Shown here piece after piece: positions 1 to 10,011 of a stretch of 64,000 nt of DNA. The first letter of the stretch is position 1. Each line of letters begins with the position of its first letter. Source of the stretch: a virus (lineage: Duplodnaviria; Caudoviricetes); IMG/VR virus record IMGVR_UViG_3300014204_000188, positions 2,002 to 66,001 of that record; one strand, given 5' to 3'. The notes under the pieces were generated by a model. The model saw only the letters and a list, made by a program, of their open reading frames with translations. It was not told where the DNA came from and did no database searches. The position numbers were made by a program, and so were the translations under genes.

Positions 1-2
1 TT

Positions 3-521
3 AGGTCTTACTACGTACAAAGAAAAATAAAAATGTTGTTATCCACTCATGAGAGTGGATCTTTATCAGTGAATAATATTAAATCAATCTTAAATTCTTG
101 GGAACGTGCATTTTCATTTTTTCCAGATATAATCATTATTGATTATGCTGATTTATTAATTGCTAATTCTCCAGCAGAATTCAGACATCAACAAAATGAA
201 ATCTGGAGAAATTTACGATCTTTAGCACAGGAAACCAGAGGTTCAGCATTACCCATGGTTATTACAGCTACACAAGCAGATGCTGCAGCTTATGAAAATG
301 GATTGCTTAGATTACATAACTTTTCAGAAGATAAAAGAAAGTATGGTCATGTAACTGCCATGTATGGATTAAATCAAGATCCTCATGATCGAGAAAAAAA
401 GATTGGTTTGATGAGGATTAATGAATTAATCATTCGGGAAGCAGATTTTAGCAATGATAATACGGTTACTATTCTACAGAATTTAAGGCGTGGATTACCA
501 TATATTTCGTCATACTTATAA
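3..521 (+). CDS. dnaB: DnaB-like replicative helicase, C-terminal part (5' truncated by window edge)
   Basis: Walker B-like IIIIDYADLL, VITATQA and later RecA-fold motifs; the frame is open back to the window start. Confidence 0.75.
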   Translation, partial: RSYYVQRKIKMLLSTHESGSLSVNNIKSILNSWERAFSFFPDIIIIDYADLLIANSPAEFRHQQNEIWRNLRSLAQETRGSALPMVITATQADAAAYENGLLRLHNFSEDKRKYGHVTAMYGLNQDPHDREKKIGLMRINELIIREADFSNDNTVTILQNLRRGLPYISSYL

Positions 522-533
522 TCTATTAAAATC

Positions 534-914
534 ATGTTTACCATTAGAAAAGAATTTTCGTTTGAAGCCAGTCACCAATTACTTGGTTTACCGGTGGATC
601 ATCCATGTAGTAAATTACATGGACACTCTTATCGCGTTGTTATAGAATTGCATGGTCAATACATAAATAATGTAGGTATGTTGTATGATTATCGCGAATT
701 GGATAAAATTAAATTATACATTGATAAGATGTTAGATCACAAACATCTAAATGATGTAATTATCGGAAATCCTACAGCAGAAATATTGGCAATGCATCTA
801 TATGAGGTGTGTTTACCAATTTTCCCTGATTTGCTAAATGCAATTGAAATTTATGAAACCACAAAAACATCGGCAAGGTATGAACAACTTAATAGTGAAC
901 GATCTATTTTATAG
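534..914 (+). CDS. queD: 6-carboxy-5,6,7,8-tetrahydropterin synthase
   Basis: FEASHQL, CSKLHGHSYRV, LDHKHLND, NPTAE motifs. Confidence 0.93.
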   Translation: MFTIRKEFSFEASHQLLGLPVDHPCSKLHGHSYRVVIELHGQYINNVGMLYDYRELDKIKLYIDKMLDHKHLNDVIIGNPTAEILAMHLYEVCLPIFPDLLNAIEIYETTKTSARYEQLNSERSIL

Positions 915-1500
915 TTTGCAAGGAGAAGGATATCATGCCGGAGAAGCGGCAGTATTTATTCGACTTGCTGGATGTAATCTTCATTGTCCATATTGTGACA
1001 CTGATTATATTTCTGGAATTGAAATGAGTATGCAACAAATAGATTCTATGCTTCCAGCTAAATGTAAATGGATCGTCTGGACTGGAGGAGAACCTGCACA
1101 ACAATTAACAGAAGAACATATTCAATATTTTCAATCCACGAAGTATTATCAGGCTATTGAAACAAATGGCAGTTTACCAGTGCCAGCTGGGCTTGATTAT
1201 GTATCATGCAGTCCAAAGATTGATTTACTTAAAGTAAAAAGAAATCTTTCTAAATATCAATCCATTGGAGAAACAAGATGTTTAATAGGAATAGATGATG
1301 ATGGAATTAGTCATTTCCCGCCAGATATTAATTTATTACCAAAATCTATTCATTACTATGTTTCACCTATGTTTATTGGAGAAGAACATAAGAAATATGA
1401 ATTGGATAAATCTAATCTACAGAAAGCTATTGAATGGGTTAAATTTGATCCTCGATGGAAATTATCCATTCAGCAGCATAAAATTTGGAATATTCCTTGA
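880..1500 (+). CDS. queE: 7-carboxy-7-deazaguanine synthase (radical SAM)
   Basis: FYSLQGEG, FIRLAGCNLHCPYCDT, TGGEP, IETNG, LSIQQHK; likely start is ATG 880, overlapping queD. Confidence 0.93.
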   Translation: MNNLIVNDLFYSLQGEGYHAGEAAVFIRLAGCNLHCPYCDTDYISGIEMSMQQIDSMLPAKCKWIVWTGGEPAQQLTEEHIQYFQSTKYYQAIETNGSLPVPAGLDYVSCSPKIDLLKVKRNLSKYQSIGETRCLIGIDDDGISHFPPDINLLPKSIHYYVSPMFIGEEHKKYELDKSNLQKAIEWVKFDPRWKLSIQQHKIWNIP

Positions 1501-1510
1501 AAGAAATATA

Positions 1511-1539
1511 TTGAAAGAAATATAGTTTCATTGTATAAT
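1511..1539 (+). promoter_or_regulatory. sigma70-like promoter TTGAAA-N17-TATAAT
   Basis: Near-consensus hexamers with 17-nt spacing in the queE/ORF1576 gap. Confidence 0.5.
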
Positions 1540-1575
1540 AAATACTATTAACATAATTTTTAAAATCTTTACGAA

Positions 1576-2346
1576 ATGAAATTAGTACAAATGATTGATG
1601 CCTGTCAAGAATTAATTGATGTGATGGGCTTAGGTCCTGAAGAAGGATCCGAAGAAATCGCTGATGAAAAAGGCTTGTTACTTATTCCAGATGATATTAC
1701 AGCACCTGGAATATTGACTTTGCTCACCAAGTGTTCGAAAGAGATCAATGAAACTGATGTATTCACTGATGCTACTTTATCTGTTTTAGCTGAATTGAAA
1801 CTTTGGCCTGCTGAATTGAATGAACCTGAAGAAATCAACGAAAACGAAGAGTTGATTCAACAAATTCTTTCTACAGAAAAATTGGCAATTCAGCCTCGTA
1901 TGGTTGCATTGAAAAACATCGTAAAAACCAACCCTTTGTTTGCTTCCATGAGAAAAACCATCGCTGGTAAGTTTGCCATTGATGAAATTCAATCACAGAT
2001 GTTGAATTTATTGCATTTCAAACAAGAAGTTGCCGCAGTTGATGCTAAAACAAAAACTATTCCAGCACCACCTGTAAAACCAGCATCTGTAGCATCTGCC
2101 TCACCAAAGAAATCTGGAGTGATACCAGCAAAGCATGAAGGTTCTCTGGCAGAATTCATTGATAAATTGATTCTTAAAGGAGGTAATTTTGATGTTATAG
2201 CAGATGCTGCAACAAAAGAAGCAGAAAAACGGGGTTTAAAAATTCGGTACAATGAGAAAGGAATTCGTTATCATATCAATTATCGATTGAAACGTAATTC
2301 GGGATGGTTAGGTGAATTGAAAATCACAGAAAAAGGCATTGAGTAA
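1576..2346 (+). CDS. hypothetical protein (acidic N-terminus, Pro/Ala linker, basic C-terminus)
   Basis: Long ORF abutting folE; no recognisable family motif. Confidence 0.7.
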   Translation: MKLVQMIDACQELIDVMGLGPEEGSEEIADEKGLLLIPDDITAPGILTLLTKCSKEINETDVFTDATLSVLAELKLWPAELNEPEEINENEELIQQILSTEKLAIQPRMVALKNIVKTNPLFASMRKTIAGKFAIDEIQSQMLNLLHFKQEVAAVDAKTKTIPAPPVKPASVASASPKKSGVIPAKHEGSLAEFIDKLILKGGNFDVIADAATKEAEKRGLKIRYNEKGIRYHINYRLKRNSGWLGELKITEKGIE

Positions 2347-2882
2347 TGCAAGAATTAATTAAAAGGCAACTTGCCTTTATTGGAGAGGATCCTGGCCGTG
2401 AAGGGTTGATTGAAACTCCAGCCAGGATCCTTAAATCGTGGGATACATTGTATTCTGGATATAAACAAAATCCTGCAGATATTTTTACTGAATTTAAATC
2501 TGAAGGATATGATCAGATGGTACTCCTTCGAAATATTGAAATGTATTCTATGTGTGAGCATCATATGTTGCCATTTTTTGGTAAAGCTCATGTTGCCTAT
2601 CTTCCCGGAGATAGAATAGTTGGAATTTCTAAACTTGCCAGATTGGTTGATATTTACGCTCGGCGTTTACAAATACAAGAACGTTTAGGAGAACAAATAA
2701 CTACAGCATTGATGGAATATTTACACCCAAAAGGAGCTGCTTGTATAATTGAAGCCCAACATATGTGTATGCTTATGCGCGGTGTTCAAAAACAGAATTC
2801 TATTCTGGTCACATCCAGTTTAAAAGGAGAATTTCTTACTGATGCCACTCTACGTGCAGAATTTATGTCTTTTATAAAATGA
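2346..2882 (+). CDS. folE: GTP cyclohydrolase I
   Basis: [48 protein letters not shown]. Confidence 0.96.
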   Translation: MQELIKRQLAFIGEDPGREGLIETPARILKSWDTLYSGYKQNPADIFTEFKSEGYDQMVLLRNIEMYSMCEHHMLPFFGKAHVAYLPGDRIVGISKLARLVDIYARRLQIQERLGEQITTALMEYLHPKGAACIIEAQHMCMLMRGVQKQNSILVTSSLKGEFLTDATLRAEFMSFIK

Positions 2883-3871
2883 AATTATCAGTAATTTATC
2901 TTACGAGACATTGTCCAAGACATTGTAGTTATTGTGCTATTCGAGATACTCTCAAACCACAGGAAGAATTACAAATGCCTGAATGGAAACATGTTTTTCA
3001 AATATTAAAAACTATTAGGATTGATTTTAATCTAATCCTTGGTAATGAACCTTGGTTGCTTGGAGAAAATCTTTTACCTATCTTACATTCTACAGATGTA
3101 CCTTACGCTTTATATACCGCAGGAATTCCTTCGTTGTTTAAGAAATATCATTTATCATTCTTTGGGTATAATCAGATTAAAAACTTTTCAATTGGAATAG
3201 ATTATCCTTTAGGTTTAGATTTAGTGATAAAAGATGATTCCTATACAAAAGCAATGGATGCTTGGGAGGCTTTACAATACGTTCGTAAATTCTATCCATG
3301 GGTAGAAACTCATGCGACAATAACTGTGCATAAACTGAATTATCAGTATCTTCCACAGTTAGTAAGACAACTACAAAATTTGAACATCAACATAAACATT
3401 AATTTCATTCATTGGAATAATGGAGGTGGTTTTGATTTCTTTCCAAGTTTTAAATGTATAAATCGGTTAATGTTTTCAGAAAATGACTATTCAGAACTTC
3501 AGAAAATACTTGATGAAGTTTTACAAAACATAGAATTCATTCAAAATTCACAGATGTTGAAGCTTCCATTTCCAGAATTATTAGGAATGAAATGGCATTG
3601 TCAGGGCAATCCGTATGGTGGTCCAACTGTTGATGCCGATGGTTCTTTACGAGTGTGTGGGTATCGTAAAGGCATTGAGACATCTAAGTTTTCAATTTTT
3701 GATTTACCATCTAAAACAAAAGAATGGGAAGCTGCAGTAAAAGAAGATGCCTCTCATTGTCCAGGGTGTTCTTGGTCCTGTTCATGGATGTATCATTACT
3801 GGGAAAGAAATAATCCTGAACAAGGAAAACAAATCTTTATCAATCATAACAAAGAAAACAAATGTCAATAG
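2879..3871 (+). CDS. radical SAM protein with C-terminal Cys cluster (SPASM/twitch-like)
   Basis: CPRHCSYC (CxxxCxxC), [24 protein letters not shown]. Confidence 0.85.
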   Translation: MKLSVIYLTRHCPRHCSYCAIRDTLKPQEELQMPEWKHVFQILKTIRIDFNLILGNEPWLLGENLLPILHSTDVPYALYTAGIPSLFKKYHLSFFGYNQIKNFSIGIDYPLGLDLVIKDDSYTKAMDAWEALQYVRKFYPWVETHATITVHKLNYQYLPQLVRQLQNLNINININFIHWNNGGGFDFFPSFKCINRLMFSENDYSELQKILDEVLQNIEFIQNSQMLKLPFPELLGMKWHCQGNPYGGPTVDADGSLRVCGYRKGIETSKFSIFDLPSKTKEWEAAVKEDASHCPGCSWSCSWMYHYWERNNPEQGKQIFINHNKENKCQ

Positions 3872-4410
3872 ATATGAATACTGCGAGTTCAATCTCTCCA
3901 TTGAAATTAAATCTTGGTTGTAGAAATGAGATATTGGAGGATTATATTAATATTGATATTGATAAACTCAATATTTATGATAAAAATGATCAGATAAAAC
4001 CGGTTGTTATACAAATGAATGCGATGGATATTGATCGCTATTTTATTGTTGGCAGTGTCGATAAGATTATTGCTCGTCATTTCTTTGAACATCTGTCTCA
4101 TGAAGAAATCACTATTCTTTTGTATAAGATATGGTCTATACTAAAAACAAATGGAGAATTATATATCGCAGTCCCTGATTTTCAGAGAATTCTGGAGCAT
4201 TACGTGGCAGAACATAAGATGCAGAATTTTGCTAATGTAGACGTTCTCCATTCTCGATTGTTTGGAATTGCCGACGAAAGTCTGCACAAGACTGTTTGGA
4301 CCTCTGAAATAGGTGTTTTCTATCTAACTCGTGAAAATTTCTTTGTTTTAGATAGTATTGAAAAAGTAGAAGATGAGTTGGAATTAAGATTCTATTGTCA
4401 CAAACAATGA
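3862..4410 (+). CDS. class I SAM-dependent methyltransferase
   Basis: LKLNLGC motif I, INIDI, SVDKIIARHFFEHL, LKTNGELYIAVPD. Confidence 0.8.
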   Translation: MSIDMNTASSISPLKLNLGCRNEILEDYINIDIDKLNIYDKNDQIKPVVIQMNAMDIDRYFIVGSVDKIIARHFFEHLSHEEITILLYKIWSILKTNGELYIAVPDFQRILEHYVAEHKMQNFANVDVLHSRLFGIADESLHKTVWTSEIGVFYLTRENFFVLDSIEKVEDELELRFYCHKQ

Positions 4411-4970
4411 AAACAATGAAAGAAAAGAATTTAGTAATTCTATTTAGTGGTGGTGCGGATAGTACATTGCTTCTTAACTTGGCAATAAAATTACATTACT
4501 TACCATTATGTATTTTAGTTGATTATGGACAATCCCATATTGAAGAACTTTCTTTTGCTAAAGAAAGTTGTATAAAACATAATGTATCATTTCAAGTGGT
4601 AACTTTAGGAAATTTAGAAATTGATTCAAAGTTAACAGGCTCTTGTATTACAGAATACAAAGGAGTTTCTGAATGGCATGTGCCATCTCGAAATTTAATG
4701 TTTATTTCTATCGCTGCCAGTATTGCTGAAAGTCATGGAATTAATTTAATTTGGTATGGGGCGAATTATGAAGATCGAGAGCATCAATTTCCAGATTGTT
4801 ATCAGGAATGGGTGTTTTCAATCAATGAATTACTAAAACGTAATGGGAGTATGCCAATTACTGTAGAAGCTCCTTTATTAGGAATGTCAAAAAATCTAAT
4901 TATGCAATTATTAGAACAGTTTAATATTACAAACGATCAAATCTTTAGTGGTTATGGGAAAGATAAATGA
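4395..4970 (+). CDS. queC: QueC-like ATP pyrophosphatase lacking the C-terminal Zn-binding Cys motif
   Basis: VILFSGGADS PP-loop, VDYGQ, VPSRNLMF, FPDC, APLL; ends IFSGYGKDK. Confidence 0.85.
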   Translation: MSQTMKTMKEKNLVILFSGGADSTLLLNLAIKLHYLPLCILVDYGQSHIEELSFAKESCIKHNVSFQVVTLGNLEIDSKLTGSCITEYKGVSEWHVPSRNLMFISIAASIAESHGINLIWYGANYEDREHQFPDCYQEWVFSINELLKRNGSMPITVEAPLLGMSKNLIMQLLEQFNITNDQIFSGYGKDK

Positions 4971-5355
4971 GGTTGTAGAAGGGAAAAAGAAAACTTTTAC
5001 AAAGTTAGTGGATAAGCATCATAGTCCTTTAATTGTCAGAAAGTATACTCATTGGGGATTTCCAATTTACATTGGATTAATCACAGATAATGATTTATCT
5101 GATTTGGATGATTTTATTGTTAAAATTATTTCCGCAAACGTAAAAGAAGGATGGGTAGAAAACATTCAAACTTTACGAAACTTTGCTGGAGATCTTACTG
5201 AACAATTGAATGAACATTATGATCGATCAGAAGGAATTGCAGTCATTTTCTATGTCGATAAAATGTTTGTAAGTTCATTACATGGAGATTTTATGGTGCA
5301 TGCCGCATGTAAACAAGAATTGTTATTCTTATTAAACATGAGTACTGGAGTATAA
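4948..5355 (+). CDS. hypothetical protein within the modification cluster
   Basis: ORF fills the queC/PIG-L gap; no motif recognised. Confidence 0.6.
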   Translation: MVMGKINEVVEGKKKTFTKLVDKHHSPLIVRKYTHWGFPIYIGLITDNDLSDLDDFIVKIISANVKEGWVENIQTLRNFAGDLTEQLNEHYDRSEGIAVIFYVDKMFVSSLHGDFMVHAACKQELLFLLNMSTGV

Positions 5356-5357
5356 TC

Positions 5358-5828
5358 ATGAGTTATATAGTAATAGCACCACATGCCGATGATGAAATAA
5401 TCGGTTGCTATGAATTGTTGACAAAATGGAATAAAGATATTAAAGTTGTTCTTTTTCCTTCTCAACAAGCCATAGATGAATCAGGTTTAAGTAGTCAAAT
5501 AATGAAGTTTGACCGAGGACATACCGATTATCTACCTACAATAATAACAAAATCTGATGTACTTGTTTTCCCTGATCCAATCTATGAATTACATCCTGAA
5601 CATCGTAAATGGGGGCAGATTGGAGAACAGTATGCTCGATCTGGTCATAAAGTTATATTTTATACTACAAATATGCTTGCTCCATACATCCATGAAGTAG
5701 AATTTTCTTTCGTAAAGAAAGAAGTATTAGATAGAGTTTATTTTGAAAAACAACAACTATGGTTGTATGACCATAAATATTTTTTATTTGAAGGTTATAC
5801 TAGTTGGATTTTATCATGGAACGATTGA
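5358..5828 (+). CDS. PIG-L/LmbE family de-N-acetylase
   Basis: VIAPHADDEIIG (HxDD) and later HPEH. Confidence 0.85.
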   Translation: MSYIVIAPHADDEIIGCYELLTKWNKDIKVVLFPSQQAIDESGLSSQIMKFDRGHTDYLPTIITKSDVLVFPDPIYELHPEHRKWGQIGEQYARSGHKVIFYTTNMLAPYIHEVEFSFVKKEVLDRVYFEKQQLWLYDHKYFLFEGYTSWILSWND

Positions 5829-6760
5829 TTTTCATACCACAATATCCTACATCAATGAGATATCAGGAATGGTGGCTACCCATGTTTCAAGAAAAATTTA
5901 AAACTCATTTTAAGTCGATTTTAACGCTTGGAAAATTGCCAAGTAATAATTTAGCCTTAGGACAAGAATTTGCTCCTTTTACGCAGTCAATTCAATTTGA
6001 ACAGAGTCAAATCGATGAATATCTTTCCTTAGAAATAAGAAAGGATGATATTCTTCTTTTAAATGATTTGAGTTATCCGGGATTATTTGCTCAGATGCTT
6101 TTTCATAAACGACCCAATCGATGCTTTGCAATTTGTCATGCCACTTCAAAAAATAGATATGATTATTTTTCTAAAGATAGAAATAGTAAATATTCTATAG
6201 AAAAATCAGTAGGAAAACTGTTTAAAAAAGTTTTCGTAGCATCAAATTATCATGCTCAAAAATTAAATTGGAATAATCTTGTGATTGCTCCGTTTCCATT
6301 TCAACCTTTTCAATCACCTGAAATTATTGTACCTATTGAAAAAAGAATAAGAAACATTGTTTCTATCTCACGTTCAGGAATTCAGAAAAGAAATCATATA
6401 TTAGAAAGTACAGTTGAAAATTTCATAGGTCAGTCTATTGATACTCCAAAAAATAGAAATACTTGGGATTCTTACAATGCGTTTTTACAATCTTCAAAAG
6501 TTGTTTTAATCACATCTAAGGAAGAAACTTATGGATATCAAGTGATTGATGCTGTAAGAAATGGATGCATCCCAATCGCTCCTGCCACATGTAGTTACCC
6601 CGAATTATTATCAAAAGATTATTTATTTACTGATATTCCTGATTTGATTTTAAAAGTGAATAAAGCTCTTACTGGGCAATTGCCTATTCCAAGATTATTA
6701 GTGGAAGAAAGTCAAAAAGAATTTTTTAATATACTATTTCATGAGTTTGATAATGCTTGA
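5816..6760 (+). CDS. GT-B fold (GT4-like) glycosyltransferase
   Basis: SKEETYGYQVIDAVRNGCIPIAP..SYPEL resembles the E-x7-E(D) signature region. Confidence 0.75.
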   Translation: MERLIFIPQYPTSMRYQEWWLPMFQEKFKTHFKSILTLGKLPSNNLALGQEFAPFTQSIQFEQSQIDEYLSLEIRKDDILLLNDLSYPGLFAQMLFHKRPNRCFAICHATSKNRYDYFSKDRNSKYSIEKSVGKLFKKVFVASNYHAQKLNWNNLVIAPFPFQPFQSPEIIVPIEKRIRNIVSISRSGIQKRNHILESTVENFIGQSIDTPKNRNTWDSYNAFLQSSKVVLITSKEETYGYQVIDAVRNGCIPIAPATCSYPELLSKDYLFTDIPDLILKVNKALTGQLPIPRLLVEESQKEFFNILFHEFDNA

Positions 6761-7784
6761 TTCTGGGGCTTACTCAGCATATACTAAAGGCAAAGCAATT
6801 GATATAAATCAATATGCCCAATTTCTTTTACAAAATTCAAAACATTTTGATTATTGTATTAATCTCGATGTAATACTGAATGCTAAAGCCAGTTATACTA
6901 ATTGGCAATATTTACGTAGTTTAGGATTGAATGTTCTTCCAGTATATCATATTGGAACTGATGAAATCTGGTTAAAGAAATATCTAAAGCAAACAGATTA
7001 TATTGCTCTTGGTGCAGTAGCAAATCTAAGTTCTACACAAAGAATGCAGAGTCTTACTCGAATCTGGGATTCTTACTTAACCAATTCTGAGGGATTTCCT
7101 ATAGTAAATGTTCATGGATTAGGATTAACTGCAATTTCATTAATGTTAAGATATCCATGGTTTTCTGTAGATTCTATCACTCCAATTATTGCTTCTGCGT
7201 ATGGACGGATTTTTTTACCTCAGTATACTAGAAAAAACAATCAAGATACATTTTCTTATTTCAATGGATTTTTTTGTAATGTATCTGATCAATCTAAACA
7301 AAAAGTAGGTACTACAACAAGTTTTCTTGGATTACCAAAATTAATTCAAGAAAAATATATTGATTATATTGAAAGAAATGGATATATCTTAGGTAATCTA
7401 TATCATCAGAAAAAAAGAGCAACAAAAAAAGATAAACATGAAAATAGGAAAGAGCATGCTTCGTTATTTACATTAGATCAATCTATGAAAACTGATGCTC
7501 CAGATACTTTGGCTAATTCATGGAAGCAACGTTTATTATACAATGCCTATGTTTGGAATCAATTAATCTTACGAATGCCTAAATATCCAAGAAAACATAA
7601 TTCAATAATTCCTGCAGAAATTCCAAATCATAATAAAAAAATACATGTATACTATGGAGTTAGTACTTCTACACACATAGATTTTATGAAATGGGTAATT
7701 CCACAGCCAGATATTCTAGTTAGTTACGCATATATGACAGATAAATTGCTTAATACCATTGAATCATATAAAAAAATTAAATAA
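6741..7784 (+). CDS. dpdA: DpdA-like deoxyguanine transglycosylase (TGT fold)
   Basis: MLDSGAYS, NLDVI, LPVYH, YIALG, VHGLG, YPWFSVDS; adjacent to preQ0 synthesis genes. Confidence 0.82.
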   Translation: MSLIMLDSGAYSAYTKGKAIDINQYAQFLLQNSKHFDYCINLDVILNAKASYTNWQYLRSLGLNVLPVYHIGTDEIWLKKYLKQTDYIALGAVANLSSTQRMQSLTRIWDSYLTNSEGFPIVNVHGLGLTAISLMLRYPWFSVDSITPIIASAYGRIFLPQYTRKNNQDTFSYFNGFFCNVSDQSKQKVGTTTSFLGLPKLIQEKYIDYIERNGYILGNLYHQKKRATKKDKHENRKEHASLFTLDQSMKTDAPDTLANSWKQRLLYNAYVWNQLILRMPKYPRKHNSIIPAEIPNHNKKIHVYYGVSTSTHIDFMKWVIPQPDILVSYAYMTDKLLNTIESYKKIK

Positions 7785-7785
7785 C

Positions 7786-8799
7786 ATGATTGTAAATAGA
7801 AACATTCTAAAAGAAGCTTTAGAAATAGTAAAGCCTGCACTTGCTAACAAAGAAATGATTGCCCAATCTTCATCATTTGTTTTTATTGATGATAGAATTA
7901 TTACTTACAATGATGAAATAAGCATATCTTATCCATTTCCAGGATTAGAAATTAAAGGTGCTGTTAAAGCAGAAGAATTTTACGAATTGATTAGTAAAAT
8001 TTCTAAAGAAGAATTTGAAATTGTTATTGAAAACAATGAGTTACGAATAACCGCAGGAAGAATCAAAGCTGGATTGGTCTTACAAAAAGAAGTCCAATTA
8101 CCACTTGAAGAATTAGGAGTCTTAGAACATTGGAAAGCATTGCCTGAACAATTTATTGAAGGTTTAAAGTTCGTACTCCCCTCCTGTTCTACAGATATGA
8201 GTCTATCCATATTAATCTGTGTTCATGTAGATGGATCAATAATTGAAGCTACGGATAATCATCGACTTGCTCATTTCGTTTTGCCTGAAAAAGTCCCTGG
8301 TAAATCATTTTTAATTCCAAGTTCTGCCGTGAAAGAATTAGTTAAAATGAATCCATTATACATAACAGATACTCCAGGATGGATTCATTTTAAAACGGAA
8401 GAAAATACTATTATTTCATGTCGTACTTTTCAAGATAAATTTCCTAATACCAGTAATGTATTACATCATGATGGAGTTCATTTAGTTTTTCCAAAGACAT
8501 TAGATGAAAGTTTAGATAAAGCTCTTGTTTTTGCGAAAAAAACTCAAGTTATGGATGAATTTGTTGTGATTACAATTGAAAACAATAGGATTCAAATAAA
8601 GAGCGAATCAGACACTGGTTGGTATAAAGAAGAAGCTAATCTAAAATATTCAGGGGAACTTATACAATTTACAGTTACTCCATTGTTGTTGAAGGATATT
8701 CTTTCAAAATCAACTATCTGTACCATTAGTAGTAGTTGTGTAACTTTTGAAGGTCCGAATTGGATATATGTAGCAATGTTAAGAATAAATAAAGAATGA
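7786..8799 (+). CDS. dnaN: DNA polymerase III beta-type sliding clamp
   Basis: MIVNRNILKEALEIVKPAL N-terminus, EATDNHRLA motif, clamp-sized ORF. Confidence 0.75.
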   Translation: MIVNRNILKEALEIVKPALANKEMIAQSSSFVFIDDRIITYNDEISISYPFPGLEIKGAVKAEEFYELISKISKEEFEIVIENNELRITAGRIKAGLVLQKEVQLPLEELGVLEHWKALPEQFIEGLKFVLPSCSTDMSLSILICVHVDGSIIEATDNHRLAHFVLPEKVPGKSFLIPSSAVKELVKMNPLYITDTPGWIHFKTEENTIISCRTFQDKFPNTSNVLHHDGVHLVFPKTLDESLDKALVFAKKTQVMDEFVVITIENNRIQIKSESDTGWYKEEANLKYSGELIQFTVTPLLLKDILSKSTICTISSSCVTFEGPNWIYVAMLRINKE

Positions 8800-9998
8800 A
8801 TGGATTTTTTGAACTAAAAGATATTCAATCACAGTCACATCCGAATGGGAAAAGATTTTCCTGTGTATCTTGTGGTTTATATCATTCTGCACGTTCCCCA
8901 AAGATGGAACCGAGTGGATTATTCAAGAAAAAAATTCTAAATATTGGCAGCATTCCCAACGAAATTGAAGATCAATTCAATTGTCATTGGGAAGGATCTT
9001 CCAGTGATGGTCTTAAACGAATTTATAGAAAGTTGGGCATTGATATATATGAAGATTGTTTAAATATTAATGCCATTAATTGTTATCCTGGAGACAATAG
9101 AATAGATATTTCAAAACAGATTGCCTGTTGTAGAAATATGGTTTTACAAACAATCAAACAATATAAACCACAAGTAATCATATTATTTGGTATAGAAGCT
9201 ATACAATCAGTAATAGGCAGTCAATGGAAGAAAAAATTAGGAGATTTAAAACAATGGAGAGGGTGGGCTATACCAGATTTGAATTTTAATGCTTGGATTT
9301 GTCCAGTATTTCATCCAAGGCAGATGGAACAAGTAAATAAAGAAATAGGGACTATATGGTATCAAGATTTAGAAAGGGCGATAAGTAAAGTAAATGTTTC
9401 TTTACCTCATTATCAGGAACCACAGATTGAAATAATTGAAGATTTAAGCGTTTTATATACTCTTAAAGGCACTAATGCATTTGATTATGAAACAACTGGA
9501 ATAAGACCATATTCTACGGGACACAGAATTATCTGTGCATCTATTGCTGATACTATTAATCATGCATATGTATTTATGATGCCTCAAACAAAAAAAGAAA
9601 GAAAACCATTTATTGATTTTTTAGAAAATCAAGAAATTGGTAAGATGGCTCATAATATGAAATACGAAGATACTTGGTCCAAGATACGATTACACACTAC
9701 AGTAAAAAATTGGAAATGGGATTCTATGATTGCTGCTCATATTCTTGATAATAGAGAATTGATTACTGGCTTGAAATTTCAAACATATGTTAATCTTGGA
9801 GTTGCAGATTATGACAGCGAAATAGCTCCTTATTTACATAGTACAGAAAAAAATGGAAATGCAATCAATCAAATTATGGAATTAGTTGCACTTCCAGGTG
9901 GTAAAGAAAAACTCATGACATACTGTGCTTTGGATAGTATTTATGAATTTCGTCTGGCTTCACTTCAAATGGAAAAAATAGGAATATTACCATTCTAA
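8796..9998 (+). CDS. uracil-DNA glycosylase family 4-like domain fused to 3'-5' proofreading exonuclease (N-terminal half of a split PolA)
   Basis: CVSCGL, CCR..LQTIKQYKPQVIILFG, PVFHP; then AFDYETTG (ExoI), AHNMKYE (ExoII), YCALDS (ExoIII). Confidence 0.82.
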   Translation: MNGFFELKDIQSQSHPNGKRFSCVSCGLYHSARSPKMEPSGLFKKKILNIGSIPNEIEDQFNCHWEGSSSDGLKRIYRKLGIDIYEDCLNINAINCYPGDNRIDISKQIACCRNMVLQTIKQYKPQVIILFGIEAIQSVIGSQWKKKLGDLKQWRGWAIPDLNFNAWICPVFHPRQMEQVNKEIGTIWYQDLERAISKVNVSLPHYQEPQIEIIEDLSVLYTLKGTNAFDYETTGIRPYSTGHRIICASIADTINHAYVFMMPQTKKERKPFIDFLENQEIGKMAHNMKYEDTWSKIRLHTTVKNWKWDSMIAAHILDNRELITGLKFQTYVNLGVADYDSEIAPYLHSTEKNGNAINQIMELVALPGGKEKLMTYCALDSIYEFRLASLQMEKIGILPF

Positions 9999-10011
9999 AA
10001 GGAAAATATGA

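Noticed and set aside
4948-5355. QueF or QueF-like amidinotransferase
   Set aside because: No CP.T..PD or E(S/L)K(S/A)hK motifs; left as hypothetical.
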